Source: an uncultured bacterium
GTDB taxonomy: Bacteria; Hinthialibacterota; Hinthialibacteria; Hinthialibacterales; Hinthialibacteraceae
DNA length: 50,389 bases
Reading direction: 5' to 3'
NCBI GenBank assembly: GCA_964449065.1
Contig: CAYVAZ010000002.1
Coordinates: 1 to 50,389, forward strand
In this document: positions 27,922-38,175 of the stretch, piece after piece
Layout: each line of letters begins with the position of its first letter
Numbering within the stretch: position 1 is the first letter of the stretch
Position numbers and translations under genes: made by a program
The notes under the pieces: generated by a model
What the model was told of the DNA's origin: nothing
Databases searched by the model: none
Seen by the model: only the letters and a program-made list of their open reading frames with translations

Positions 27922-30024
27922 TCAATACCGGTTCGAATGCTCTATAGTAGAAGTTTGTAATTCTATTCGATAAGCAGTATCTTTATTGAGTACCGAAACA
28001 GGAAATGTTAGCCTATTGTCGGAAACCAACAAGATTTGTGACAATATAGGGGTACCTTTGTATGTGTCAAAGTGTTCCGCTTTATACTTACCGTTTAGCA
28101 GTGACGGAATCGTGACTTCTGTTGGATGCGGTGGATTCTCGGTATCAAACTCATCAATGGCAGCAAATTTATGGGTGGAATCCTGCAACCAAACCAGCGC
28201 TTTTGTTGAATTGCCGATTGCGTAAGTTTGAATACGTTCCGCGTAATCTTCTATCCAATACCGTTGTACATTAATCCAATCTTTTCCTGTATTTTGAATG
28301 GATACGCGCGCCGGACCCGCGGGTAACGGAACCTCAAAGCGCTTCTTATCAGGGGTGTAATCGTTTGAAGATGAAGGGAAATTATGGTCTAATACGGTTT
28401 TATCATTCACGGCAATAGACAAATTACTCCCTGCGCGGGCAATGGTTTGAATTTCCATCCCAAATTGAGTGGGCAAATCATTCAAAAAGATAAAAGTTGG
28501 ATTGGGAGACATATTCCGGTGATTGGAGCCGTGAACAAATGAAGACAAATCGTGAATGCTTTCAATCAATCCATCTCGGTGAACAGTAAATTCTTCAGAA
28601 CGGGTAGGCCCCCACCCCACCACCGGAAGGATATTTAAATCCACTACATTTTCCGGATGCGGTTTTACCTCCGCTTCAATCGGCTGGAAATTCTCGCTGA
28701 TCCAGTCAATATCTTCCACATAATTCGCGACAGCACGGAATTTCGGATAGAGATTGTAGGGACGCACCCAATTATCCCACCACCAGGTCATCGCGGTTCC
28801 CGCATCCGCGCTGTGAACCGATGACCACAATTGATTGTGCAGAATCACCCCGTCTTTATCTTCTGTGTTCGGACCGCGGTAATCATAAGACAATTCACCA
28901 TGAAAATGCGGGTAGTTTGGATAATTCTCTGCGGCATAATTCGCTAACGATTGCACCGTCCCGGTAATATTGGTGCGGTAATTATGCGACTGTATGAAGT
29001 GCATCCCATCGGTCATATAATTTCCATGAAAGTTGCTGGATGCGCTGGTGGAACGCAAATGCTTGTACGGATCAATTTCATCGAAATAGGAAGACATCTC
29101 CCGGTGCCAGTCAGAGACCGTCTCATAATCGTATCCGGTTGTGAGATCGACTTCGTTCCAATATTCCCATGCCATTAGGCTGGTGCTGTAGCCATACCTT
29201 CCCACCAAATACCGCAGGCGGTTGCGGTAATGCTGTTTCGCGGTTTCATCCGTAAAAAACTGCTGGGGATGGCGCAGGAATCCACCATTGGCAACGTTGT
29301 ATGGATTTTCATTCCATATCGGATTGGTCTGCCGGGAATACTGCCCGTGGTGATTGATCACCAACTCAATATAGATACCCCGTTTTTCGGCTTCCGCAAA
29401 AATATCATCCAACATGCGGGCGTTATTGATGTCGTAACGCTCATAGCCGTGATAGCGGCCGTTTCGGGGAGTCCAAACCAACTCTGTATTTCCCCATGAG
29501 ACCATCCAGATGCGTATCCAGTTGATCCCTGCGGATTCGCATTCTTCCAAATACGAAACCCACGTACTGGTCTGCGCCGGATTCACCCAGCATAAATTCT
29601 GCCCAAGCGGATAGTATGAATCTCCATTGTCAAACGCGAACAAGCGGGGATTTTTTTTACTCACACGAATAAATCCCTTTGAGTTGGAAGCAACTGCATC
29701 AAATGTTCCTTTCAAAACAGTGGATTCAGTCCCATCTTTTTGAACCGTTATCTCATAAGAGTGCAGCCCTTCAAGCATCGGAGCAAAACGCATTTTCCAA
29801 TCCAGCGTGGCATCATAAAAGCATGGCACTATCCATTGTTTGCCGTTTTCATGCGCAATCACAGCATCCACTTGAATTTCATTGGAAAAGAAAGGATTGG
29901 CATTTTCACTATCCACTTTAAATTGCGCTTCATATTTTGTATAAAGCGGCACACTTTCCTGCGCGTGAATGTAGATTACAACTCCAAATAGAAATGTTAT
30001 GAGAGAGAAAAATTGTTTAATCAT
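27922..30024 (-). CDS. Secreted clan-A (GH5-like) glycoside hydrolase with DUF5060-like N-domain
   Basis: Signal peptide; NPF...VPCFYD...WKMRFAP; GINWIRIW, RYLVGRYG, WEYWNEVD (acid/base), HFHGE (candidate nucleophile). Confidence 0.8.
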   Translation of the reverse strand: MIKQFFSLITFLFGVVIYIHAQESVPLYTKYEAQFKVDSENANPFFSNEIQVDAVIAHENGKQWIVPCFYDATLDWKMRFAPMLEGLHSYEITVQKDGTESTVLKGTFDAVASNSKGFIRVSKKNPRLFAFDNGDSYYPLGQNLCWVNPAQTSTWVSYLEECESAGINWIRIWMVSWGNTELVWTPRNGRYHGYERYDINNARMLDDIFAEAEKRGIYIELVINHHGQYSRQTNPIWNENPYNVANGGFLRHPQQFFTDETAKQHYRNRLRYLVGRYGYSTSLMAWEYWNEVDLTTGYDYETVSDWHREMSSYFDEIDPYKHLRSTSASSNFHGNYMTDGMHFIQSHNYRTNITGTVQSLANYAAENYPNYPHFHGELSYDYRGPNTEDKDGVILHNQLWSSVHSADAGTAMTWWWDNWVRPYNLYPKFRAVANYVEDIDWISENFQPIEAEVKPHPENVVDLNILPVVGWGPTRSEEFTVHRDGLIESIHDLSSFVHGSNHRNMSPNPTFIFLNDLPTQFGMEIQTIARAGSNLSIAVNDKTVLDHNFPSSSNDYTPDKKRFEVPLPAGPARVSIQNTGKDWINVQRYWIEDYAERIQTYAIGNSTKALVWLQDSTHKFAAIDEFDTENPPHPTEVTIPSLLNGKYKAEHFDTYKGTPILSQILLVSDNRLTFPVSVLNKDTAYRIELQTSTIEHSNRY

Positions 30025-30050
30025 TATACAACCTCTTTTATCTAAATTGC

Positions 30051-31364
30051 TTATTCATCTTCTGAAATAAAACCTTCTGCCCTGCCTAGCCAATAACTGA
30101 TCGTCCAGTGCAGGCCGGTATATTCCATGCCCGCATCCGGCCTTGGTATCGTGGTTGCTGGAACTTGATAGGGATCATGCACGAGAATAGACCACGTCTT
30201 ATCCCACCAGGCATAGGGAAGCGGTTCTCCATCTTTGGGCAGGACATCCGGTTTGGTGGGTTCTAAATCCAAATCATATTTTTTCGCATAACGGTCGCGG
30301 GTTGCTTTGTTCCAATAAATATCAAACGTAAACGATTTCAAGTTTTCTGTTACTTTTTCAAGATGTGGAAGATCCCGTTTGCCGGTAATTGCAGCATACA
30401 AATACGTAAAATACGGTTGATTGATCTTTTGAATATATTCCCATGATTGATCAAGGCTTTTTTGGTAAAACGGTAAGATGGCTTCATCCTTCTCCAACCG
30501 AAACAACGGTTCATAGGCTAAAAAATGAAGAGTAATATCGGAGTGATTAATCTCCCCATCCAGCCCCGGTTCTCCCGAATAGGCTTTTGAAGCAATTTCC
30601 GCATACTTTTTATCAATCGCAAACTCGCGGTATTTTTCTTCCCATTTCGGATCCTTGGTCAATTGCGCGGTGACTTTTAAATGCTGAAGCCACAATAACG
30701 CGTTCATCGGTTCCGTGGTGGTGACATAGTCCCAATCATAGCGCCCCCATAGAGTCGGTTCGCCATCCACATCGGTGATTTTCATCCCGTTTTCTTCAAT
30801 GTGTGTACAAATCGCGGCACAGTCTTCTGCCATCCGCTTGATTTCTTCCTCCGAAGCGAGGTGCTCGGCATAAACGCTGCATCCGTACATATACCCATCC
30901 ACTTGGTCGCTGGATACATCCCCCCGCCAGCGGTAGTTTCTATCCGCCGAGCGGTGCCACTCGCCATCATCATGATACTGCATATCCCATGGCAGGAACG
31001 AACGTGCGAACAATCCTGGCTTTCCGGTTACTTCGATCAACTTGTGCAGGGCTTCACAGGCTTCTTTCGCATTCTTTTTGGCTTCGGGAGATGGTTCAGC
31101 CAACCAGCGATAAGTTTGCGATGCGAGGTACATGCCCGTCATATAGGCATTATCCGGCATATTGTATGAGACAAATGGAACCTGTTCGGTTGGGAGACGA
31201 AGTTTAGGAGCGATTTGCCCTTCAATCATAAACCGCTCTTTCATGTCTTCTTCCAGCAGCAAAGCGGTTTGATTTAAATCCGGTGTTTTGGTCTGACTGT
31301 GGGCTGTGATCATGAGTAAAGGCAAAACAGCAAGATAAAACATAAAGAATTGAAACATTTTCAT
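30051..31364 (-). CDS. Secreted uncharacterised protein, possibly carbohydrate-active
   Basis: Signal peptide; enzyme-like segments DNAYMTGMYL, GLFARS, WRGDVSSDQ, PTLWGRY, NHSD. Function inferred from context only. Confidence 0.65.
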   Translation of the reverse strand: MKMFQFFMFYLAVLPLLMITAHSQTKTPDLNQTALLLEEDMKERFMIEGQIAPKLRLPTEQVPFVSYNMPDNAYMTGMYLASQTYRWLAEPSPEAKKNAKEACEALHKLIEVTGKPGLFARSFLPWDMQYHDDGEWHRSADRNYRWRGDVSSDQVDGYMYGCSVYAEHLASEEEIKRMAEDCAAICTHIEENGMKITDVDGEPTLWGRYDWDYVTTTEPMNALLWLQHLKVTAQLTKDPKWEEKYREFAIDKKYAEIASKAYSGEPGLDGEINHSDITLHFLAYEPLFRLEKDEAILPFYQKSLDQSWEYIQKINQPYFTYLYAAITGKRDLPHLEKVTENLKSFTFDIYWNKATRDRYAKKYDLDLEPTKPDVLPKDGEPLPYAWWDKTWSILVHDPYQVPATTIPRPDAGMEYTGLHWTISYWLGRAEGFISEDE

Positions 31365-31445
31365 CTATTCATCCTTCTCAATTGATTGTTGTCAATTATG
31401 GTGAAAATAGTTTACCAATAATCTCTTGTCGTTGTGAGGTATATC

Positions 31446-32039
31446 ATGGATTTTACCGTATGGATTGATCCGAAAATATTACCCTGGGTGTTGCCGTTCA
31501 TCATCTTTTTTGCCCGCATTACGGATGTGACCATAGGAACATTGCGTATCGTTTTTATCACCAGAGGCAAACGCTTAATTGCAACATTACTTGGATTTTC
31601 TGAAGTATTTGTTTGGCTCTTAATTGTAAGCCAAGTCATCTCCAATATGGATAACGTTTTTAATTTCCTGGCTTATGCCGGTGGGTACGCTTGTGGAAAT
31701 TATGTCGGTGTCTATGTGGAAAATAAACTCGCCATCGGCAATTTGCTTGTCCGGATTATCACCCGTAAACCCGCAAAGCAACTCATCAATTATTTTATGC
31801 TCAATAAAATGCACTTTACAAACATTCCTGCTGAAGGAAATACCGGTGCGGTAAACGTTTTATTTACGGTTATAAAACGAAGAAATTTAAATGAAATTTT
31901 GAAGCAGATTAAGACCTACAACCCTCATGCCGTTTATACAATTGAAGATGTGCGCGATGTAAGCGAACGGGCCTTTCCCAAGAAAGACGCGGAGATGGAT
32001 TATCTGCGTTGGATGCGGCCATTGATGAAAGGCAAATGA
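31446..32039 (+). CDS. UPF0316 / DUF2179 membrane protein
   Basis: ATG at 31446 after GAGGT; IFFARITDVTIGTLR, GFSEV, AYAGGYACGNYVG, ENKLAIG. Confidence 0.88.
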   Translation: MDFTVWIDPKILPWVLPFIIFFARITDVTIGTLRIVFITRGKRLIATLLGFSEVFVWLLIVSQVISNMDNVFNFLAYAGGYACGNYVGVYVENKLAIGNLLVRIITRKPAKQLINYFMLNKMHFTNIPAEGNTGAVNVLFTVIKRRNLNEILKQIKTYNPHAVYTIEDVRDVSERAFPKKDAEMDYLRWMRPLMKGK

Positions 32040-33116
32040 TTACTCTTCGTTTTCATCTGCCAAAATAAAGTGTTCATCAAACACGGCATGCATGATCGTT
32101 GTCCGGCTGTTGGTGGTATAGACGACATGAATCATCTCATCGCTGGTTTGAATCGCGTACGGATAGGCAAAGGTGTTATCTCCCTCTGCAATGTTCTTGC
32201 GGTACGGATAGGTCTTATCTTTATCGGTTGAAACCGCAACAGTTAACGGTGTGCGCTCATACATGTGGTCGTTATAAACCAGCAAGAGATGCCCGTTCGC
32301 CAATTGAATAAAGCAAATCGCGGCATTGGGATTTTTAAACTGCGAGCGCTTCGCGTCTGTCCAGGATTCGCCGCCGTCGAACGAATCCGCCCGCAGCGTC
32401 CAGCCGTCATCCGTTGGCTCATAATCCCCTCCCCTGCGCATATACGCGATCAAATGATCATCACTGAGTTGCACCGCATGGGGCTGCAAGTTACCCATTT
32501 CAGACCAGATACGGCCGGTGGCCTTCCACCGCATGGTTTCAGGATTGATCCGAAAGAAGTACGACATTGTATCGGCAGCTGACATTTCGGTATCGCCGCC
32601 CTTTTCATGATACATTGGCAGCAAATACTCACCTGAGTTTAACACAATCGGCTGCCCTTGCACCATCGATCCCGGTTCAAACGACATCACGATTGGGTCA
32701 GTCCATGTTCGCGCGCCATCTTCAGAGATTTTGCATTTCACGATGGCGTCCGACCAAGTTTCACCGTAGTTATTCACATAAAACAGCCATACGTTGCCGT
32801 CCGGGGCCTGCCAAACCACCGGATTCCCTTCTGAACGGTAGGGTGTATCCGCAATTTTCTTTGGCATCTCCCATTCATCCGCACCCTTTGCCAGACGTGA
32901 ACCGAATACGGCAGTGTCATCCGAATACTCACCCGAACCGCCGTAATAGGCTATATAAAGATCACCATTCGCCAACTCGGTAATCGATGCAGGGTGCTTA
33001 TACGGTCCCGGATGCTCCGGACCGAACACACGTTTCGTTATCAATCCTTGAGCGGCCGCGGAAAAACAAATGAATATCAGTAAGAGTACATATAAATTTC
33101 GCATAAGGTTCCTCAT
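32040..33116 (-). CDS. BNR/Asp-box sialidase-family protein
   Basis: Signal peptide; HPASITELANGDL, Asp-boxes SEDGARTW and SFDGGESW, RTPL, AYPY. Confidence 0.85.
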   Translation of the reverse strand: MRNLMRNLYVLLLIFICFSAAAQGLITKRVFGPEHPGPYKHPASITELANGDLYIAYYGGSGEYSDDTAVFGSRLAKGADEWEMPKKIADTPYRSEGNPVVWQAPDGNVWLFYVNNYGETWSDAIVKCKISEDGARTWTDPIVMSFEPGSMVQGQPIVLNSGEYLLPMYHEKGGDTEMSAADTMSYFFRINPETMRWKATGRIWSEMGNLQPHAVQLSDDHLIAYMRRGGDYEPTDDGWTLRADSFDGGESWTDAKRSQFKNPNAAICFIQLANGHLLLVYNDHMYERTPLTVAVSTDKDKTYPYRKNIAEGDNTFAYPYAIQTSDEMIHVVYTTNSRTTIMHAVFDEHFILADENEE

Positions 33117-33423
33117 TAAAAGATGGAATAGATGATGATTTGACCGATTAACGCGATAATCGCAAACGGCCGGATATCGATGGTTTTATCACCCCAAAGG
33201 CTCAGTTTTCCCTGCACTTCTTCTTTTTTAAACATCAGCACCCAAATAATCAAAAGAATCGGATATAAAATAAACAATGCTTTCGCACCGCTTAACGGGA
33301 TAGCAAGAATCAACTGCCGCAGCGCCTCGCCGGGTATCATCNNNNNNNNNNCAGCACTTGCGCGATAGGATCAAGAATAGGGCTTAAGAATTCTGTAACG
33401 GGATGCACTTGATTTTCATCCAT
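33116..33423 (-). CDS. Small membrane protein spanning the assembly gap
   Basis: ATG at 33423 overlaps the symporter end and reads open (MDENQVHPVTEFLSPILDPIAQVL) up to the N-gap; MIPGEALRQ...IIIYSIF with two TMs follows the gap. Confidence 0.6.
33342..33351. other. Assembly gap (10 N)
   Basis: Run of n in the sequence. Confidence 1.
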
Positions 33424-34942
33424 TGGCTGCGCTCCTGTAACGGAAAACCAATCCGTTGAGTTTCTCTTCCGGTTCCGGCCGGGTAAGCAGACTTACTATA
33501 ATTGCAGATATCATCGATACCAAGAATGACCAAAATGCAATGTATAAAAATGGGTCTTCAATTTTAAAGAGTTGAACCGTTGAGAAATAGTTTATCAGCA
33601 ATAATAGCGTAGAAGTACACAATCCTAAAATTAACCCGGTCAACGCGCCGATACCGGTTGTCCGCCACCAAAGGATACCCAGGATAATCAGCATCAAACT
33701 TGGCCCTTGAAAGAGGGATAACAAGGTTTGAATCATCTCATAAATGCCTTTACCGGCATATTCCACATAAAACGCGAATCCGGTTCCAAACAAGATGAAA
33801 AACACCGTAACAATTCTTCCAATCACAAGATAATGTTCATCGGGTTTATCTGCATTCACAAACGGCCGGTAAATATCCTGCGTCCAAAGTGTGGCAGCCG
33901 AGTTCAAGCATGAGTCAACGCTGGACATAAACGCCGCCAAAAATGCCGCGAAGAATATCCCCAGCAAACCGGGAGGCAGCATATTGCGGATTAAGGTAGG
34001 CAGGGCTTCATCCGCGTCTGTAACGGGTTCGATTAACAAAATGGCGATGATGCCCGGTATCACCATAACGATTGGGATAAATGTTTTGAGGATAGCACCC
34101 CACATTAAAGAAGCTTTGGCTTCAAACTCAGACCGGGCAGCAAAACAGCGTTGCACAATCGACTGGTTGGTAAACCAATATGCGGGAGCCAACACAAAGC
34201 CCAAACCAAACAAAATCCCTGACCAGGGGAAATCGGTATCGGCATCTGCTGGAATAACCAAATCAAAGTGGTGCTTATATTCTTCTCCCAATGCTTGAAC
34301 CTGTGTCATTAATTCTCCGAATCCGCCGACCGCGTACAATCCCATGCATAAAACGATCGTACAACCGATAAACATCACAATACACTGAATCACATCTGTA
34401 TAAACAACAGCCGCCAAACCGCCAATAAGTGTATATAACCCTATTGCAGCAGCAGAAACAATTATCGATAACGCTGTGTTCCAGTCCAGCATGACTCCCA
34501 GCATTTTGGCCGTGGCAAACAGCATTATGCCTAAGTTGCAGGCAAGGAATATTCCCCAGATCAGCGACATGATCGTACGAACGGCCGGGTTATACCGCTT
34601 CCCTAAAAATTCCGGGACGGTGTATGCTCCGGAACGCCAGATATAAGGGATGAATAGCATTCCGCCGATCACCATGACTGGAATACTGCCCAGCCAGTCA
34701 AAATTCCCTAACACAATACCGGAAATATAGGCGGCACCGGCTATACCAACAATATCAATCGCTCCGATATCCGATACCACCAGCGACATGCCAATGGCCC
34801 ACCAGGGCAAATTTCTTCCGGCCAAAAAATAATCCTTACCGGTGCGGATTCTTCTTCCCAGATAGATCCCAAACAAAATGGTAAAGATTAGATAGACGAT
34901 CATACAGACATAATCTAAACCGCTGAGTGAATATGCAGACAT
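33416..34942 (-). CDS. Sodium:solute symporter (SSS/SLC5)
   Basis: DYFLAGRNLPWW, TVPEFLGKRY, GGLAAVVYTDVIQ, QSIVQR, AAFMSSVDS, DIYRP. Confidence 0.94.
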   Translation of the reverse strand: MSAYSLSGLDYVCMIVYLIFTILFGIYLGRRIRTGKDYFLAGRNLPWWAIGMSLVVSDIGAIDIVGIAGAAYISGIVLGNFDWLGSIPVMVIGGMLFIPYIWRSGAYTVPEFLGKRYNPAVRTIMSLIWGIFLACNLGIMLFATAKMLGVMLDWNTALSIIVSAAAIGLYTLIGGLAAVVYTDVIQCIVMFIGCTIVLCMGLYAVGGFGELMTQVQALGEEYKHHFDLVIPADADTDFPWSGILFGLGFVLAPAYWFTNQSIVQRCFAARSEFEAKASLMWGAILKTFIPIVMVIPGIIAILLIEPVTDADEALPTLIRNMLPPGLLGIFFAAFLAAFMSSVDSCLNSAATLWTQDIYRPFVNADKPDEHYLVIGRIVTVFFILFGTGFAFYVEYAGKGIYEMIQTLLSLFQGPSLMLIILGILWWRTTGIGALTGLILGLCTSTLLLLINYFSTVQLFKIEDPFLYIAFWSFLVSMISAIIVSLLTRPEPEEKLNGLVFRYRSAANG

Positions 34943-35026
34943 AGAGGCCCTCGATAATAAGTTAGACCAGTTTAAGAAAATTCGATGGATAATAAAAGGT
35001 GAAGGATGAAAAATGCTAGCGAAAAG

Positions 35027-36157
35027 TTAGAAACTGTATGACAAACCGGTGCGAACCGCAACGTCATTTTTTTTAATATCCGCGCTTCTCGGGTCGGTAT
35101 CAAATTCGTCAATAATCGATAAATTCCAAGATAGCGAATCCAGAATCGGCGTTGAAAAATTCGAACGCGAAATCAGACGTGCTTCACCGAACGCGCCGAC
35201 ACTGGGGAAAACAGTTAAGCTTTGTGTGAACTTTGTTTTCCCAAACAGGACTTTGCTGAATTCCGCTCCAAAACGCAAAATCGCTTCCGAATCAGACCCG
35301 CCGGAGCGAAACGTCTCATGAGACGCGCCGGCGCCGGCATCCAATGAAAAATGGGAATCCTTGGTTTTCCAAAACTGATACCCGCTACCGATGGTGCCGT
35401 CGACCCGCAATTCTAAATCTTCAAAACGGTCATGCTCAAAAAGAACGTCCCCAAACGCAAAGGTTTTTTCTTGAAAGAATACCCGTAAATTGGATTGCAC
35501 TCTTCCTTCGGTCGTATCGACTACACCTTCCGATTCTCCATACCCAAAATCACCGCGCAGGGTTAACACTTCCGTGTCGGTTTCGCGAACCACTTCGGAT
35601 TCAAAATACAAATCGAATGCTTCGCGGTTGCCGGCTTTTAACCCGCCCATTAACGAAACGGATCCCCCCCATAATTGGTCGAGTTCTGTTACTTCAGCCA
35701 ATTGGGTTTGCAATTCTTCAACCGTTTTATTTTGGATGGACAAGGAAGACGATATGTTATCGATTGTGTCTTTGGCCGATTGTAGATCGTTCTGTAACTG
35801 AATATTCGACTCAATGCCGATTCCATGAATCCGGTTTTTGGGGAGAGTTACATTGTTATAAAGATCGGATTGCAATTCAAATCCATGATCGGATACCAAA
35901 TTTCCGGTAATACGATCACCATTTTGCAGAATGAGAGAGATCGGCTGATTGGTCTCTATTCCTTTGACCGATTCCCACGGAATGGTAATTTCACCCATTA
36001 TGGAAGATTCCAATTTTAAACGATTTTCTTCCATAGAGATTACGCTTCCGCTGACGACATCTCCATTCGTCAAATAGAGTTTATCTGCCAATAGAGAGGA
36101 AGTCGTGAAAAAGCAGAAACTCAAACCAACACCAAAGTGGAAAAGGCTACGAATCAC
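35027..36157 (-). CDS. DUF481/YdiY-like outer-membrane beta-barrel with N-terminal extension
   Basis: Signal peptide; two L-x-NGD-x-x-x-G modules, a coiled segment, then a barrel (EHDRFEDLELR, GSGYQFW) ending GLSYSF. Confidence 0.8.
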   Translation of the reverse strand: MIRSLFHFGVGLSFCFFTTSSLLADKLYLTNGDVVSGSVISMEENRLKLESSIMGEITIPWESVKGIETNQPISLILQNGDRITGNLVSDHGFELQSDLYNNVTLPKNRIHGIGIESNIQLQNDLQSAKDTIDNISSSLSIQNKTVEELQTQLAEVTELDQLWGGSVSLMGGLKAGNREAFDLYFESEVVRETDTEVLTLRGDFGYGESEGVVDTTEGRVQSNLRVFFQEKTFAFGDVLFEHDRFEDLELRVDGTIGSGYQFWKTKDSHFSLDAGAGASHETFRSGGSDSEAILRFGAEFSKVLFGKTKFTQSLTVFPSVGAFGEARLISRSNFSTPILDSLSWNLSIIDEFDTDPRSADIKKNDVAVRTGLSYSF

Positions 36158-36224
36158 AATGAGTCCTTAACGATCAATATCCCTCAGTTGAGGAGTAATA
36201 CTAAACTCGTAACCGCAATAAAAA

Positions 36225-37622
36225 TCAAGATGCGGACTGTTCCGAGTAGCTGTTTTGAAGAATTAAATCTTCTTTTCGTTTGACATTGGTCATAATTTTT
36301 ACTTTGCTGATTTTCCGTTCATCGGAATCCAAGATGGAAAACCGCAAATTTTCATACTCCACCTGTTCTCCTTTTCTAGGCACCCGTCCAATCAGTTGCG
36401 AGATAAATCCTCCCAATGTTTCCACATCCGCCGCAGGAAATTCCACTTCAAGAATCCGGGCTAAATCATCCAAATCAATTTTCGCGTCCGCCATAATGGT
36501 TTGGTTGTCTTTGATTTCATACTCCGGCTCTTCCAAATCATATTCATCCTGAATATCCCCAACGATTTCTTCCAATAAGTCTTCAATCGTCACCAAACCA
36601 TCGGTCGTTCCATATTCATCCACCACAATCGCAATGTGAGTCCGTTTCAAACGAAACATTTTTAAGACTTCATCCATCTTTTTGGTGTGAGGAATATAAA
36701 TGGCAGGACGGATGATTTTATCCAACGCGATGTCTTTCTCACGAAATTCCACCCGCAGGAGGTCTTTCACATACAAAATGCCGACAATATGATCCAAGTC
36801 GTTTTCATACACCGGGATGCGGGAATGGCCGTATTTGATCGCTTCTTCAATGACTTCCGAAACGGGCATATTTAGCGGAATCGCTTTAAAATCCACCCGC
36901 GGAGTCATAATTTCTTTGACCGGCCGTTCATCAAATTCGATAATGCTGGCAATCATTTCCGTTTCATGCGGTTCCAACACACCTTCCCGTTCGCTGACTT
37001 CAATGAGCGTTTTCACGTCATCTTCTGTTAACAAAGGCACTTCCTGAATCGTATTCCCCCCAAATATTTTGAGAACAGCATTGGATAAAAAGATAAAAAA
37101 GATACTGACCGGATGAATGATCTTGCTTAAAAAATCCAGCGGGCCGATCGCGTGCAATGAAACCTTAACAGCATGTTCTTTGCAAAATATCTTGGGCAGA
37201 ATTTCACCGAAAACAAGAAGCAAAAACGTTGTAACCGCAACCGCCACGGCCGAACTGAACGCGACGCTTTCGCTGAAACCTAACGATTCCAAATACACCT
37301 CGCTCAGGTGCGCGGCCAACACGGAAGCCAGAATGTTAATGAAGTTGTTGCCGACAAGAATGGTGATTAAAAAGCGGTTCGGCTCATGAAGCCATGGTTC
37401 TAATTTTCTGAAGGAATCGTCTTCTTCGTTGAACAGGCGTTTGATGCGCAATTTGCTCATCGACGTCAACGCGGTCTCTGAACCGGACAATAATCCCGAT
37501 GCAAGTAAACACAGACAAAAGATGACGATTTCTATTGTGAAAATGGTAGTGGATACTTCTGTAATCGAACTGAAGTTGTTTAAAAATTGCTGCTCATATA
37601 AGCCAGACTCATCTGAATTCAT
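36225..37622 (-). CDS. CNNM/CBS/CorC (hemolysin-family) transporter
   Basis: SGSETAL, ILVGNN, FGEILPK, IMTPR, HSRIPVY, VVDEYG, EDLLEEIVGDIQDEYD. Start 37622 preferred over 37709 but uncertain. Confidence 0.92.
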   Translation of the reverse strand: MNSDESGLYEQQFLNNFSSITEVSTTIFTIEIVIFCLCLLASGLLSGSETALTSMSKLRIKRLFNEEDDSFRKLEPWLHEPNRFLITILVGNNFINILASVLAAHLSEVYLESLGFSESVAFSSAVAVAVTTFLLLVFGEILPKIFCKEHAVKVSLHAIGPLDFLSKIIHPVSIFFIFLSNAVLKIFGGNTIQEVPLLTEDDVKTLIEVSEREGVLEPHETEMIASIIEFDERPVKEIMTPRVDFKAIPLNMPVSEVIEEAIKYGHSRIPVYENDLDHIVGILYVKDLLRVEFREKDIALDKIIRPAIYIPHTKKMDEVLKMFRLKRTHIAIVVDEYGTTDGLVTIEDLLEEIVGDIQDEYDLEEPEYEIKDNQTIMADAKIDLDDLARILEVEFPAADVETLGGFISQLIGRVPRKGEQVEYENLRFSILDSDERKISKVKIMTNVKRKEDLILQNSYSEQSAS

Positions 37623-37692
37623 AAGGTTGGAATTACCTTCTCCTTTACCAAAAAAGTTATCGTATTTCGTTTCTATTTTGCATGGAAAACAG

Positions 37693-38175
37693 TTACGTTT
37701 CAACTCCAATTAAACCGTATGGTATATAGGGACTGCCGACCGATTCCAACTGTTCGATAGCACGGATTTCCGCCGATTTCCATTCCATTATATTCGTTTC
37801 ATGGTCAAACCCAAGCAAATGCATCATGCCATGAAAAATCAATTCGTCAATTTCATTTTGCAGAGAGTGTTGATATTCTTCCGCTTGCTTTATTGCCGTC
37901 TCATAGGAGATGACAATATCTCCCAGTGAAATGGATGCCGCCATTGGAATTCCTTCGTTTTGCGCAAACGAAAGCACATCCGTGGATGCATCAATACCCC
38001 GGTATAGCCGGTTCAATTCCTGCATTTCCTGATCATCCATGATAGAAATCGAGATGCCGGCCTGTTGCACTTGAAAGGCGGAACATACTGCCGCAATAAA
38101 CCGGGTATGATGGCTCTCATCGAAGGGAATCGATTCATTCGAAGAGGAGAAATATATGTTCAATTGAGGCTTCAT
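37693..38175 (-). CDS. ybeY: rRNA maturation endoribonuclease YbeY
   Basis: LNRLYRG, TDVLSF, LGDIVIS, HGMMHLLGFDH. Confidence 0.93.
   Translation of the reverse strand: MKPQLNIYFSSSNESIPFDESHHTRFIAAVCSAFQVQQAGISISIMDDQEMQELNRLYRGIDASTDVLSFAQNEGIPMAASISLGDIVISYETAIKQAEEYQHSLQNEIDELIFHGMMHLLGFDHETNIMEWKSAEIRAIEQLESVGSPYIPYGLIGVET

Noticed and set aside
36225..37709. True hemolysin or virulence factor
   Set aside because: The CNNM-CBS-CorC architecture in the ybeY operon indicates a divalent-cation transporter family.
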